This document shows positions 39,938 through 51,277 of a stretch of 64,000 nucleotides of DNA, piece after piece; position 1 is the stretch's first letter; each line of letters starts with the position of its first letter. The notes under the pieces are model-generated. The model saw only the letters and a list, made by a program, of their open reading frames with translations, made no database searches and was not told where the DNA came from. Origin of the DNA: a virus. The translations under genes and the position numbers were made by a program. The stretch lies in IMG/VR virus record IMGVR_UViG_3300009034_000010, positions 1 through 64,000 of that record; one strand, 5' to 3'.

Positions 39938-40869
39938 ATGAATTTTATAGCTTTTTCAGACTTACATTTGAATAGGTTTCCTGTCGCTAATATTACCAAA
40001 GATGGTGAAAATGAATTATTGATGGCTGGCCTAAATATCTTAGACCAAGTTTATGCAAAAGCAATAGAGTATAAAGTTAAATTTATTTTCTTTTGTGGAG
40101 ACTTATTTCATATAAGAACTAAATTGGACTCAGATATTTACAGTAACTTAGTCTATAAGAAATTAAAGCATTATTTTGGTCCTAAGACTTCTATTAATTT
40201 AATTATGATTCCAGGGAATCATGATCAGATTAACAAAACCGGAACTCACGTTCTTTCTCCGTATTCTGAAATTTATAATGTAACAGTTGTTGACAATTTA
40301 TATAAAAGAGATAATATAGTCATATGTCCTCATCAATATGATATTGAAAAGTTATACTCATTCTTGGAAAAGAATTCTAATGAAAATTCGCTCGTCTTCA
40401 TGCACCAGCTTATATTTAACTCCCCGGTCATGAGTGGGGCAATTTTTAGAAAAAATGAAGCGGTGGATGTATCCCGTTTCAAATATAAACTTTTATTTTC
40501 CGGCCATAATCACAGACCTTTTGTAAATAAAAGTTCTGACACTTATAATATTGGGTCTCCAATGCATTATGATTTTGGGGATGCGGATGTCAAGAAAGAT
40601 TTATGATTTATTGTAACAGTGGGGGACAAGTTACTTGGATTCCGACTTTCTTTCCTCATTTTGCAAAAGCTGATGCATATAATGTTAAAGAAGCGAAATA
40701 CGTTAAAAAACAAAATAAGAAAGTTGTGGAGTTAACAAATCGTATTCAAGTAGAGTGGACGGATAAGACTACAGATGTTCTCGGAACATATATACAGTCT
40801 ACCAAACCAGTAATAGATAAGGATGTATTACTGCGTGAAGGGTTGAATTTACTTAGTCCTACAGCTTAA
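39938..40869 (+). CDS. sbcD: SbcD/Mre11-like nuclease (indel at ~40594)
   Basis: Motifs SDLH, GDLFH, GNHD, GHNH, GSP; the frame continues into 40603-40869. Confidence 0.85.
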
Positions 40870-40881
40870 AGGTTAAATAAA

Positions 40882-43344
40882 ATGTTTGTTACATTTAAAT
40901 CAATGGAATTCGTTAATTACAAGGGAATAAAACACAGTAATCTTGTTCTGGATGATCGAGGTGTGCTTCTTATAAAAGGCGTTAACAATGATAAAACAGG
41001 TTCCAATGGTGCAGGAAAGAGCACAATATCCAGCGGTCTTCTTTGGTGTTTATACGATAGAACTTTGGCCGGAAAAGAAACAGAAGGTGAGATAATCACA
41101 GATCCAAAATTTACACCAAAAAAAGAATTTAAGAAAGAAGGTTGCCGGGTTACTGTTGTTGTTTTACGAGAAGATATCGAGTATCATATTACACGTCATA
41201 GGAAGCATCCAGAATTCAAGAATAATGTTGTTCTTAAAAAGCGTGTAAAAGATAAGTTCGATAATTTATCTAAGTGTGTTGATAAAGAGACTAACGAACT
41301 TATAGTTGATATTATCGGAGCAGACTTTGATTCATTTGTTCATTCAAATGTTTTTTCTTTTAATAATATTGAGCCTTTCTTAGGTCGGTCAGATAAAGAT
41401 AAGAAGGAACTCATTCTTCCCACTTTCTTCATAGAAAAGTTTCGTGCAGCATATAAAAATACTATTGTTCAGATTAAAGAAGTAGAAGCTGATCTTCAAA
41501 ATTTGAATAATGATGAAATTGCTGTGACTGTTGAACGTGTAGAAAAGACTTCGCAAGCTCAAAATGTAAAAAATGATATCATTGCGTATGATGCACAAGT
41601 AGAAGTGATCAAAGGTAGAATAAAAGAGGAACAGAATAAACAAGAAGAATTATCTTCGCAAGTTGAAGGTAAAAAGAAAATATTAAAAAACATTGAAATA
41701 GAATTGGAAACTTTAAAAGAAAACATTGATAAAAATGCTGATAATATTAGACTTTGCCAAAATAATCAAACTGCATATGATGATTTAATTAGACATAAAC
41801 TACTTTTGGAAAAAAATCTAAGTGAATCTCAATTAAAGATGTCAGAATTGAAAAATAATTCGTCTGATTTATCTGTGCATAAGTTGGCAGAATTAAATAA
41901 TGAAGTTGAAGTAAACACCAATAAATTTGCTTATCTTAACGAGAATGAGAAAGAGATATTGGCGGGGGTAAATAAAGAAGAACAATTATTTTCAAGTATT
42001 TTAGAAACTAAGAAAAAAATTGATAATAAAATAAATACACAAATTATAAGTTTAAATGGTGTTGAAAGAAACATAGCTCAGGTAAGTATAACTATAAAAC
42101 AATTAAATCAGCAAAAAGATGATGTGTTAAATAAGTATTTTAGTGAAGAATGTAAAACATGTAAGTACAATAAAATACAAGAGGTTCTGTCTGATATAAA
42201 AGTTAACATCGATACTCAAACAAAAAGTCTTAAAGAGTCAGAAAGTACTTTAAAACTTATACAAGATGCTATAGAACAATCTAATAATAAGAAAACTGAA
42301 GTAGAGGGTTATGAAACTGAAGTTTGGGCAAAAATAAATAAATTGAAAACAGGAGCTTTAGCCCCTGTTCAAAACGAATTACTTATTGTAAGTAGTAAAC
42401 TTCATGATCTTAAAGATGCTATTATAAAGGTTCAAGGTCAAGTCGATAATGCAAAAACTGTTATTAAAGATATTTCTGATATCCAAGAAGGAATAACAGA
42501 TTCTGGTAATAGGGTAGAGGCCGCCAAAAAAGCAATAATAAATTTTGGTGATCGTACTTTAGCTCAAGCTGAACTTAAGAAACAGATGGAACTTAGTAAT
42601 ACACTTAAAAACGATCTACCAGTCCTTCAGATTAAACAAAGAGAAGCTATCACTGTATTTGGTGAACTTGCTTATGATATAAAAGCGATAGAGCATAAAG
42701 TTAAAGAACTAATACCCCAAACAGCACCTCCTTCTAACTTACTTTCCAGACAATTAGAGTTAGGTCTTGCTCTTGACGATTTACGTAAAAAGAAAGAAAG
42801 TATAGATGATAAAAAGAAATCTAAAGGAGAAAAATTAGAAATACTAAAATTTTGGAAAGTAGGATTCAGTTCAGCCGGTGTTGAAGGATTTATGCTGGAT
42901 TCTATTTTAAATAATATGAATACTCTTGTAGCTAAGTATCTTGGTTATTTATCTAATAATACTATCGCTCTTACATTGTTACCGGATAAGTCTCTTAAAA
43001 GTGGTGAAACACGGAATAAAATTTCAGAACATGTTGATAATGACTCCGGCGGTCCTACTTATAAATCAAGTTCGTCTGGTGAGAGACGAATAATGGATAT
43101 CGCTGTTTTATTTACTTTAAAGTATATCTACGAGCAAATTACGAAGACAAAATATAATCTCGTCTTCATGGATGAGGTTTTTGATTCGTTAGATGCGTCT
43201 ACTTGCAGTTTAGTCATTACTTTATTACATAGTATGTCTGATATAAATAGTATTTTTGTCGTAAGCCATAGTGAATCAATTGCATTGGAGTTTGATAGTT
43301 TTATAACAGCTACTAAAACAAAAGGTATAACCGAGCTTAGTTAG
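40882..43344 (+). CDS. sbcC: SbcC/Rad50-like ATPase
   Basis: Motifs GSNGAGKS, coiled coil with CKTC hook, SSGE, MDEVFDSLD, VVSH. Confidence 0.92.
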   Translation: MFVTFKSMEFVNYKGIKHSNLVLDDRGVLLIKGVNNDKTGSNGAGKSTISSGLLWCLYDRTLAGKETEGEIITDPKFTPKKEFKKEGCRVTVVVLREDIEYHITRHRKHPEFKNNVVLKKRVKDKFDNLSKCVDKETNELIVDIIGADFDSFVHSNVFSFNNIEPFLGRSDKDKKELILPTFFIEKFRAAYKNTIVQIKEVEADLQNLNNDEIAVTVERVEKTSQAQNVKNDIIAYDAQVEVIKGRIKEEQNKQEELSSQVEGKKKILKNIEIELETLKENIDKNADNIRLCQNNQTAYDDLIRHKLLLEKNLSESQLKMSELKNNSSDLSVHKLAELNNEVEVNTNKFAYLNENEKEILAGVNKEEQLFSSILETKKKIDNKINTQIISLNGVERNIAQVSITIKQLNQQKDDVLNKYFSEECKTCKYNKIQEVLSDIKVNIDTQTKSLKESESTLKLIQDAIEQSNNKKTEVEGYETEVWAKINKLKTGALAPVQNELLIVSSKLHDLKDAIIKVQGQVDNAKTVIKDISDIQEGITDSGNRVEAAKKAIINFGDRTLAQAELKKQMELSNTLKNDLPVLQIKQREAITVFGELAYDIKAIEHKVKELIPQTAPPSNLLSRQLELGLALDDLRKKKESIDDKKKSKGEKLEILKFWKVGFSSAGVEGFMLDSILNNMNTLVAKYLGYLSNNTIALTLLPDKSLKSGETRNKISEHVDNDSGGPTYKSSSSGERRIMDIAVLFTLKYIYEQITKTKYNLVFMDEVFDSLDASTCSLVITLLHSMSDINSIFVVSHSESIALEFDSFITATKTKGITELS

Positions 43345-43345
43345 T

Positions 43346-43915
43346 ATGATAAAAAATAAGAAAAAACGAGATAAAAGAATAAACTCTAAGGATAAAGGTG
43401 ATCGGTTTGAGCGAACCGTCTGCAACTTATTCAAGAAACATTGGAAAGTTACCGCTTATCGTACTCCAGGTTCCGGCGCATATACAAGTCGTCAGGTAAG
43501 TAAAGCCATGAAGGAAGCTAGTATAGGTGATGTCGTTATAGAAGAGTTGCCGGAATTTGTTATTGAATGTAAAAATTATTATTCTTTGCATTTTACTGAA
43601 TGGTTTAAGGATACCTCAAAAAAGAAAGAGGACATGTCTATATGGGGTTTCTGGAATAAGCTTTTAATTGAAGCTGAAAAATTTAATAAGATTCCATTAC
43701 TAATATGTAAAGAAGAAAACTCTCCTGTAGTTGTTATTATGGATGTGGAGCATATTAATATTGTTGAAGATTATAACGGAGGTGTGGCTCCTTTTATGGT
43801 AATGGATAAAGAGGATACTCAAATAGTTGTGTTTGCTTTGAATGAGCTTTTAGTACTTGATTTAGAGACAATAAAGATTATAATAAAAGATATAGTAAAT
43901 AAGTATAAACGTTAA
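43346..43915 (+). CDS. Holliday junction resolvase (PD-(D/E)XK, Hjc-like)
   Basis: Motifs KGDRFER, RTPGSGA, GDV, IECK. Confidence 0.85.
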   Translation: MIKNKKKRDKRINSKDKGDRFERTVCNLFKKHWKVTAYRTPGSGAYTSRQVSKAMKEASIGDVVIEELPEFVIECKNYYSLHFTEWFKDTSKKKEDMSIWGFWNKLLIEAEKFNKIPLLICKEENSPVVVIMDVEHINIVEDYNGGVAPFMVMDKEDTQIVVFALNELLVLDLETIKIIIKDIVNKYKR

Positions 43916-43938
43916 TTTTTTACACGAGGCTTTAAATT

Positions 43939-44409
43939 ATGGCGAATAAGAAACGTACTGAAAGAACTCTTAAGCAAATGAGAGCTAAAAAAGAAATTTC
44001 AAAAGTTGCTAAAGCTAAAAATACAGTCAAGATTGAAGGTAAAAAACCTGCTTCTCAACTTCAACTCTTTGAAATGCAGAGAACCTTCTCAGCCAGAGTA
44101 GATGCTTCTATAATGAGTACTGCCGCTATTGCGAAACTATTGGTTGATAAAGGGGTAATTACCTGGGACGAGTATAAAGAGTCCTATAGAACAATGAAAG
44201 AAAATTTGGTCTTCGTAAGAAATACCACATCAGAAGCTATAGCATATTTTGGAGCTAAAGCAAATAACGAAGATATAGGCGCTTTTATTTACGAAAAAGG
44301 TATTGCTTTTGGTATGGACCCTGGCGTACTCGATGGTATATTCGGTGCCAAAAAATCTGAAAGTCGTATCATTAAGCCTAATCAAGTTAAAATTATCCAA
44401 GCTAAGTAG
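43939..44409 (+). CDS. Hypothetical protein
   Basis: ORF within the operon; LLVDKGVITWDEY helix. Confidence 0.7.
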   Translation: MANKKRTERTLKQMRAKKEISKVAKAKNTVKIEGKKPASQLQLFEMQRTFSARVDASIMSTAAIAKLLVDKGVITWDEYKESYRTMKENLVFVRNTTSEAIAYFGAKANNEDIGAFIYEKGIAFGMDPGVLDGIFGAKKSESRIIKPNQVKIIQAK

Positions 44410-44426
44410 CCTACCGGAGTAAATAA

Positions 44427-47179
44427 GTGAAGTACGAATGCCCTGATAATACATGTGAATTTAAAGGTGAAGGTGTATGTCCTTACCCTGTATCTAAAGG
44501 TAAGAATTGTATTCACCACATAGAATCTCCGTGTGTAAAATGCAAAGTAGAAAAGAATTTGTATCCTGCTTTCGGAAACGCTCAGAGTCGAGTTATGGTT
44601 ATAGGGGGCTGTAACTTTGACTCTGATAAAGATATAGTTATTTCACAATTTAATCAAGCTTCCGCAGAAGCGAATTTACCTGCATCATATTACTACACTA
44701 CTGCAATTTCTTGTTATGTAAATAAAAAACCAACTATTAATCTTATTAAGCGCTGTAATAAATGGCTTAAACAACAAATAGACATAATAAAGCCTAAATA
44801 CGTTATGTTACTTGGTGAAACTGCTTTTAAGGCTGTTCTATGGGATTTTGATCTTATTACAAGAAGAAAACCTGAGATAGATGCATGTGCAGGGGCTCAT
44901 ATAATAAAAGATGGAATAGTTTACTTTCCTGTCCATAATTTTAAGGATATTGAAACTAATATCTCTAAGCGTCAAGCATTTAGAGAACATCTTATAAAAT
45001 TTCTTGAATTAATAAATGGAGTAAGAAAAATAACTCCGACTTATTATAAAGAAGCTGACTCTGAGAAAGATCTTTCATACATAAAAGAGATAGCTGAACA
45101 AACTGGACGAGTAGCTGTTGATATTGAAACAAATGCTTTTACTCCATTTCTGCCAGATTCAGAGATAACAACTTTGTCATTATCTGTTAACGAAGCTGAG
45201 TCTTTCGTTCTTCCTTTATCGTACCGGCACGGGGCTTATTTCAAAAAATGGAATTATACTCCAAAGGTCAATCCTTTATTAGCTATTACATATATCAATA
45301 AATTATTGAAAGATCCTAATATTACAAAGATTTTTCATAATGCTGCTTTTGATATAGTTTGGCTGGAAACTATTCTCGGTCTTGAAATTGTTAATTACGA
45401 TGACACAATGCTCATGAAATTCTTAATGAATCAGAATGAGCAAGAACGAAAAGCTTTAAAAGTTCTTCTTAAACAACATACTGATATTGGTTTTTATGAG
45501 TACGCACTTAAACAATATGTTGGTGACGGTGAATCCTATATGAATATCCCTCCCAATATTATGGTTGATTATAACGCAGGGGATACAGATGGTACTCTTC
45601 GTTTGTGGAACCTTTTCCGACCAAAGCTTCGAGATAAAGAACTTTGGGATATTCATTATAATTTTATGGTGCCTCAACTTAGAGGTATTATGGATTTAAT
45701 AAAGACAGGAATTGCGTTAGATGTACCTCATTGTATACGTATGAAAGAGAAAAATGAGGAGCGACTTATTGAATTATTTTCTAAATTACGATCATTACAG
45801 GAAGTAGCAAATTTTGAAAGACAGACTGGTTTAGAATTCAAGCCTAGTTCCGATAAACATAAATTCGCTGTTGTTTATGGTGGGGAAATTACGACTGAGG
45901 AAGAGGTGCCTCGTAGGATAGTAAACGGTAAAAAACAAGGTAAAAAAGAGTATCAGAAAGTTGTGTTCAATAGTGGTTTTAATTTAAAAGAAATAACTGT
46001 TTCTGCAAAAACTAAAACCGGAAAGAGAGAACAACGAAAGTCCTTTGGGAAAAAGGCTATTCAGCAATATTTAAGGAGTATTTATAAAGATGTTGAACTT
46101 TTAGATCCGATAAATACATTTAATCTTGATCCTTTACCTGATAACACGAATATTATGAAGTTTATTAAGTTATCAACTGAAATTGGATCTATTCAAACGC
46201 AATTATCAAATCATATAGAACCTTTTATTAACATGTGGGGGAATACTATAGATAAATGTGTTCATACTTCATATGATATTACTGGAACTACTACAGGCCG
46301 ATTATCGTCTCGGAATCCTAATTTACAAAATCTTAAACGTGATGGATTTGTGAAGGAAGCTTTTGTTTCCAGATGGGGCGATGACGGAATTCTTATAGAA
46401 GCTGATTATAAGCAGCTTGAATTATTTGTCATGGCTATAGTTAGTCAGGACCCGACATTTATTCATGCTTTTGCTAATGGAATTGATCTTCATTTGAAAA
46501 CGGCAGCTAATATTGTTTTTCGGTGTGTAGAAGAAGCTGTATCAAAGCAAATGCGCACAATGGCCAAAACGGTAAATTTTGGCATAATTTACGGAAAGAC
46601 AGCTTATTCCCTTAAAGAAGATTTAAATGTCACTGAGGAGGAAGCTGAGGCCATTCTGGAGGGGTATTTTAGAGAATACCCAGGTGTGTACGCATATTGT
46701 GAAAGAATAAAAGCTGAGGCTCGCTCTAAAGGCTTTGTTACTACAGTAATGGGTAGGCGGCGTTACTTAGATTATTCAGACCCGAATGGAGCGGATAGAC
46801 AAGCGGTGAATACCACTATTCAGTCTCCGGCTTCCGATGTTTGTGTGACGGCGGTAAATTTATTACAGCAATATTATCGGAAAGTAGCTACAGACCGGGC
46901 ACTTAAGACAAAAACGAAAAATACTAATTGGTTTTTAGATAAAGAAATTAAGAAAAATACTGTAGCTTTAGCTTGCGGAACTGTACACGATAGTATTATA
47001 ATAGACTGTAAAAGAGCATTTTTGAATCCGATTGTTAAGGCTACTAAATTAATTATGGAAAATACTGGGTTACCCTGGCTGACTATTCCTCTTAAAGTGG
47101 ATATAAAATACGTAAAAATTTAAGAAATATGAAAGAGTGGGATGAGAAGTCCGAAATAATATTGGACAAGGCGACGTAA
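44427..47179 (+). CDS. polA: Family A DNA polymerase with an N-terminal uracil-DNA-glycosylase-like domain (C-terminus probably extends past an indel at ~47111)
   Basis: Exonuclease DIET, HNAAFD, YNAGD; polymerase TGRLSSRNPNLQN, DYKQLE, KTVNFGIIYG, VHDS; N-terminal Cys-rich UDG4-like region (IKPKYVMLLGETA). Confidence 0.93.
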
Positions 47180-47520
47180 TGTATAAAATATTAAATTATG
47201 CAGACAGATCCAGAACTCTTGAGGAGGTGGCTCGTATTCTTAAAGCATCTTTAGGTATACGAATGCTTAAAGGCCGAGAAGATATGTGGCAGGTAAAATT
47301 AGAAAAAGTTGAAATACTTGACAGCAGCAATCCTTTAAAAACCAAATATGCTTTTGTTAGAAATAATAATCCGAATGCTGCTTTAAATCTTTTATGTGTT
47401 AAACTTTCTTATGCACTTGTACGTATAGACGATACTAAGTACCGTTTAGGCGAAATTAAACGTGGTCCAATGTATCTCAGATTATACGAAGAAAATTGGA
47501 GTACTGATAGAAAAATATGA
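47179..47520 (+). CDS. Hypothetical protein
   Basis: ORF within the operon. Confidence 0.65.
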   Translation: MYKILNYADRSRTLEEVARILKASLGIRMLKGREDMWQVKLEKVEILDSSNPLKTKYAFVRNNNPNAALNLLCVKLSYALVRIDDTKYRLGEIKRGPMYLRLYEENWSTDRKI

Positions 47521-47574
47521 ATGAATTATTTAATATATTATTGATAAAGTTATATACAAAAATTGAGGGGATCG

Positions 47575-48003
47575 ATGTCTAAGTATAATTTAACTGAACC
47601 AAGTGTTGCAATAAGACTAGGCAAAGCTGGTGAGCACTTTGTATGTTTTGATTTATTAATGCAAGGTTACAGTGCATTTTTAGCTGATAAAGATAGTTCT
47701 TATGATATAGTTGTAGAAGTAGAAAATACGCTAAAAAGAGTTCAAGTCAAAACTACTGCTAATATTAAAAGTTACTCGCATTCTAAAGATACTTACAGAT
47801 ACAGTACAAGAAGAGCTAAAGGTGCTAGGAAAAGATTTGATATAGACGAAGTAGATGTATTTGCTTTTGTAGCTACAGATATTCAGAAAATATGTTATAT
47901 TTCTATAAAAAACATGATTAGTGCTTCAGGTGGGGTAAAACAAGCTATATGTTTGAAACGAGGACAATTCAGTATAAATAGTAGGTTAGTAAGTGCATTA
48001 TGA
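47575..48003 (+). CDS. PD-(D/E)XK endonuclease (I-Ssp6803I-like homing type)
   Basis: Motifs GKAGE..V...L, YDIVVE, RVQVKT, VDVFA. Confidence 0.75.
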   Translation: MSKYNLTEPSVAIRLGKAGEHFVCFDLLMQGYSAFLADKDSSYDIVVEVENTLKRVQVKTTANIKSYSHSKDTYRYSTRRAKGARKRFDIDEVDVFAFVATDIQKICYISIKNMISASGGVKQAICLKRGQFSINSRLVSAL

Positions 48004-48581
48004 AAAAATTTAAGATTATTCTGTGTGACCCTCCATGGACATATAATGACAAACTTACTTACGGTAATGCTAAAAAAGGTGTTCATTATAAGTATAAAAC
48101 CTTGTCTATAAAAGATATTAAAGATTTGCCTATACAAAATATTGCAGCCGAAGATTGTACTTTATTTTTATGGGGTACTTGGCCTTTATTAAAAGAGTGT
48201 ATAGCGACCATGGAAACATGGGGTTTTGAGTATAAAACAGGTGGGTTTGTATGGGTTAAAGTTACAAAAACAAAGCCTACAAGAGCTGTTACGGCGTTAG
48301 GTAGGTATACTCGTGGTAATACTGAATATATCTTAATTGGAAGAAGAGGAAAATTTTTAGAAAGACATAATAAAAATATTTCACAACTTATCATGACTCC
48401 AAGAGGTGAAAAGAATAGCGAAAAACCTGTATTGGTCAATACACAAATAGATAAGTTGTATGGGTCACAATATCGTAAAATAGAGTTATTTGCTCGAAGA
48501 TGTCATCCCGGATGGACAGCTACCGGATTAGAGTACGATAAAACAGATATTCGGGACTTCTTAAAGAGGTACGAAAAATGA
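48000..48581 (+). CDS. MT-A70 family adenine methyltransferase
   Basis: Motifs DPPW, LFLW, WGFEYKT..FVWVK, TRGNTE, SEKP, IELFAR. Confidence 0.92.
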   Translation: MKKFKIILCDPPWTYNDKLTYGNAKKGVHYKYKTLSIKDIKDLPIQNIAAEDCTLFLWGTWPLLKECIATMETWGFEYKTGGFVWVKVTKTKPTRAVTALGRYTRGNTEYILIGRRGKFLERHNKNISQLIMTPRGEKNSEKPVLVNTQIDKLYGSQYRKIELFARRCHPGWTATGLEYDKTDIRDFLKRYEK

Positions 48582-49576
48582 GCGATAATCACATATTACT
48601 TTATCATGCTTTATTTGGTGGTAAGATACAAGATTTAGCAACTAAATTCGATGTATCTACTTCGAAGATACATCGAATTTTAGATAAAGCAAAAAAAGAG
48701 CATTCTTACTATTGGAAATTTAATAGAAATAAAGAATTAACTGAAGCTTATATAAACGAATTTGGAAAAGAAATTTTTAAGGATATTCTTTCACTTGAAA
48801 AAATAGGTTTGGGCGAGGAGTTCAAAGTTCCATTAAATAAGCCAAAAAAAGTAGTAGCAATAGCAGACGTTCATTATCCGTTTAATATACCATTTACGGG
48901 TTTTGAAAAGTTTCTCGCAGATTACAGTCCAGATGTTCTTATTTATTTAGGAGATTTTATAGATGTTCCTTATTTGTCTAAGTATGATAAAAACAATAAA
49001 TTAGTACTTGGAAATAAACTTAGACAAGAGTATGATGACGTTATGGAAATAATGGATCGTCAGATTAAAATTTCTAAAGCTAACGAAGTCTACTATGTGG
49101 AGGGTAACCACGAATTCAGAGTTCGAAAATTTCTTGAAGAATATCCTGCCGGAGAGGGTTTTATAGAAATACCTATTGCAATGAAACTTGAGGATCGTGG
49201 TATAACATGGATTGAATTAAATGATTGGATTAGACTTGGCAATCTCTTTTTTACTCACGGTATGTACCATAATAAATATCATGCGAGACAACATTTAGAC
49301 ACACATCAACGAAATATTATATACGGACACCTTCACACACATCAAGTGCATAGTGGATATCACCCGTTTGATAAGTCGCTACCTTATGTAGCGAAATCTA
49401 TTCCGTGTTTTTGTCATCTTAATCCAACATATATGAAGAATAGGCCGAATCAATGGTTGAACGGGCTTTATCAATGCGAGATTGAAACTAATGGTACTTT
49501 TTATGATAATATATTGGTTGTTATCAATGGCGTAATTCGTATTGTAGGAACAGGCAAGAGGTATACAAATGAGTGA
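48578..49576 (+). CDS. HTH + calcineurin-like metallophosphoesterase
   Basis: Motifs DVH, GDFID, GNHE, HG, GHLH. Confidence 0.85.
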   Translation: MSDNHILLYHALFGGKIQDLATKFDVSTSKIHRILDKAKKEHSYYWKFNRNKELTEAYINEFGKEIFKDILSLEKIGLGEEFKVPLNKPKKVVAIADVHYPFNIPFTGFEKFLADYSPDVLIYLGDFIDVPYLSKYDKNNKLVLGNKLRQEYDDVMEIMDRQIKISKANEVYYVEGNHEFRVRKFLEEYPAGEGFIEIPIAMKLEDRGITWIELNDWIRLGNLFFTHGMYHNKYHARQHLDTHQRNIIYGHLHTHQVHSGYHPFDKSLPYVAKSIPCFCHLNPTYMKNRPNQWLNGLYQCEIETNGTFYDNILVVINGVIRIVGTGKRYTNE

Positions 49577-49793
49577 ACTTAAGAAGTTTGTCGTAGCAAC
49601 TATTAAAGCTACTTTTCGTAATAAACCTAAAACACATGCTTTGAAAGGAAGTGGAAGAAGAAAGATGGCTTGGTGCGGTTGTGTTTTTAAACGTACTCAA
49701 ATAGTTGAAACTAAAGAACAAACTATTGAGCATATTACATGTCAAAAATGTATAAATACTATTAATGCAAATTTAAAGAATATTTTAACATAG
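49569..49793 (+). CDS. Small Cys/His protein
   Basis: TH...WCG...TCQKC pattern. Confidence 0.6.
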   Translation: MSELKKFVVATIKATFRNKPKTHALKGSGRRKMAWCGCVFKRTQIVETKEQTIEHITCQKCINTINANLKNILT

Positions 49794-49794
49794 T

Positions 49795-49878
49795 ATGTCT
49801 GTTCTAAATCAGTTAATAGATTCATTTCCAGATCATAAACCACCTGGTAAACAATGTCTTATAAAGGTAGTGATATAA
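49795..49878 (+). pseudogene. Remnant primase 5' end upstream of the HNH gene
   Basis: MSVLNQLIDSFPDHKPPGKQ resembles the primase start MNSILSQLQQVFPDGKIGKR. Confidence 0.65.
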
Positions 49879-50376
49879 ATGAAAGAAAATTGGAAAGATA
49901 TAAAGGATTTTGAAGGTTATTATCAGGTTTCTAATTTAGGAAGAGTAAAAAGTTTAAGAAGAAAAAGAATAACAGGAGGTTATCTAAAAGAACGTATTCT
50001 TAAGTTTAATTTACAAACTGTTGGATATTACACAGTTACTTTATATAAAAATGGAGTTATATCTCAACGTAGAGTTCATAGACTTGTAACAGAAGCTTTT
50101 ATTCTTAATGTATTTAATAAGCCATGTGTTAATCATAAAAGTGGTATTAAGATAGATAATGAAGTTGAGAATCTCGAATGGTGTACTTATTCTGAAAATG
50201 AAAAACATGCTTATTCTTCTTTAGGAAAGACGAGACATCGTGGTTATAAGAAATTATGCGATACTGATATAAAACAAATTAAAGAACTTAAAGCTAAAGG
50301 TCTTTCCAAAAGATCAATAGCTAAAATGTTTAATGTTGTTCATTCTACAATTGGTTATTATACAAAGAATGATTAA
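49879..50376 (+). mobile_element. NUMOD4-HNH homing endonuclease
   Basis: Motifs WKDIKDFEGYYQVSNLG, HRLV, VNH..G.K.DN...NLEW. Confidence 0.92.
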
Positions 50377-50377
50377 C

Positions 50378-51277
50378 ATGAATAGTATATTATCGCAACT
50401 ACAGCAAGTATTTCCAGATGGAAAAATAGGTAAAAGATGGTATAACATTTGTTGTCCTTTTTGTGAACAGGCTGGTCTTAGACCGGATAGAAAATACCAT
50501 TTAGGAATAAATTATAAGAAAGGTTATATACATTGTTGGAGATGTTTAAGAGTTCACAAACTCAATTATTTTTTAAAACTTGTTGATGTTCAAATTGACT
50601 TAACTGAGTTAGAGGATGGAGATTCCGAACCTGCAACTTATTTTATTCATAAAAAAATTGGAATAAAGTTTCCGTCCGAGTATATTAATATTCTTGATTT
50701 GTATGATCCACAATATCCAGCATATATTCAAGCTTTAAAGTATATCGATAAACGAATTGGTATTGATTTGGCAGTGAAATTGAATGTTGGATTTTGTAAT
50801 ATAGGAGACTACGCTAATAGAATTGTTGTTCCTGTGTTTGATCTAAATGATGAAATTATTTATTTTGCAGCCAGAGCTGTATATCCTTTTATTGAGCCTA
50901 AAATTAAAAATCCGGTAGGCCCACGTAGAGATATTTTATTTAATTGGAATGTGGCACAAAGATTCTCTGAAATATTCATAATGGAAGGTATTTTTGGTGC
51001 ATTAACTGTTTATCCTTACGGTATTGCTACTTTAGGGAAAGAGATAACAGATGAACAGATCTTAAAAATAATACGAACAAATGTTAAAATTATTAATATA
51101 GTTCTTGATAACGATGCAATAAAAGAAGCGTATGTTATTGCCGAACGTATACGAGGACTTACTCATCGAGTTAAAATAAGAGTTCTTGAATTGAGCGCCG
51201 GACAGCCTGATGATTTCTCATTTGATCATTTGTTAATGTTGAAAAGTAATACGCAGTTTTATACAAGGTTATTTTAA
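50378..51277 (+). CDS. DNA primase (Zn finger + TOPRIM)
   Basis: Motifs CPFC...HCWRC, RIVVP, MEGIF, LDND. Confidence 0.9.
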   Translation: MNSILSQLQQVFPDGKIGKRWYNICCPFCEQAGLRPDRKYHLGINYKKGYIHCWRCLRVHKLNYFLKLVDVQIDLTELEDGDSEPATYFIHKKIGIKFPSEYINILDLYDPQYPAYIQALKYIDKRIGIDLAVKLNVGFCNIGDYANRIVVPVFDLNDEIIYFAARAVYPFIEPKIKNPVGPRRDILFNWNVAQRFSEIFIMEGIFGALTVYPYGIATLGKEITDEQILKIIRTNVKIINIVLDNDAIKEAYVIAERIRGLTHRVKIRVLELSAGQPDDFSFDHLLMLKSNTQFYTRLF

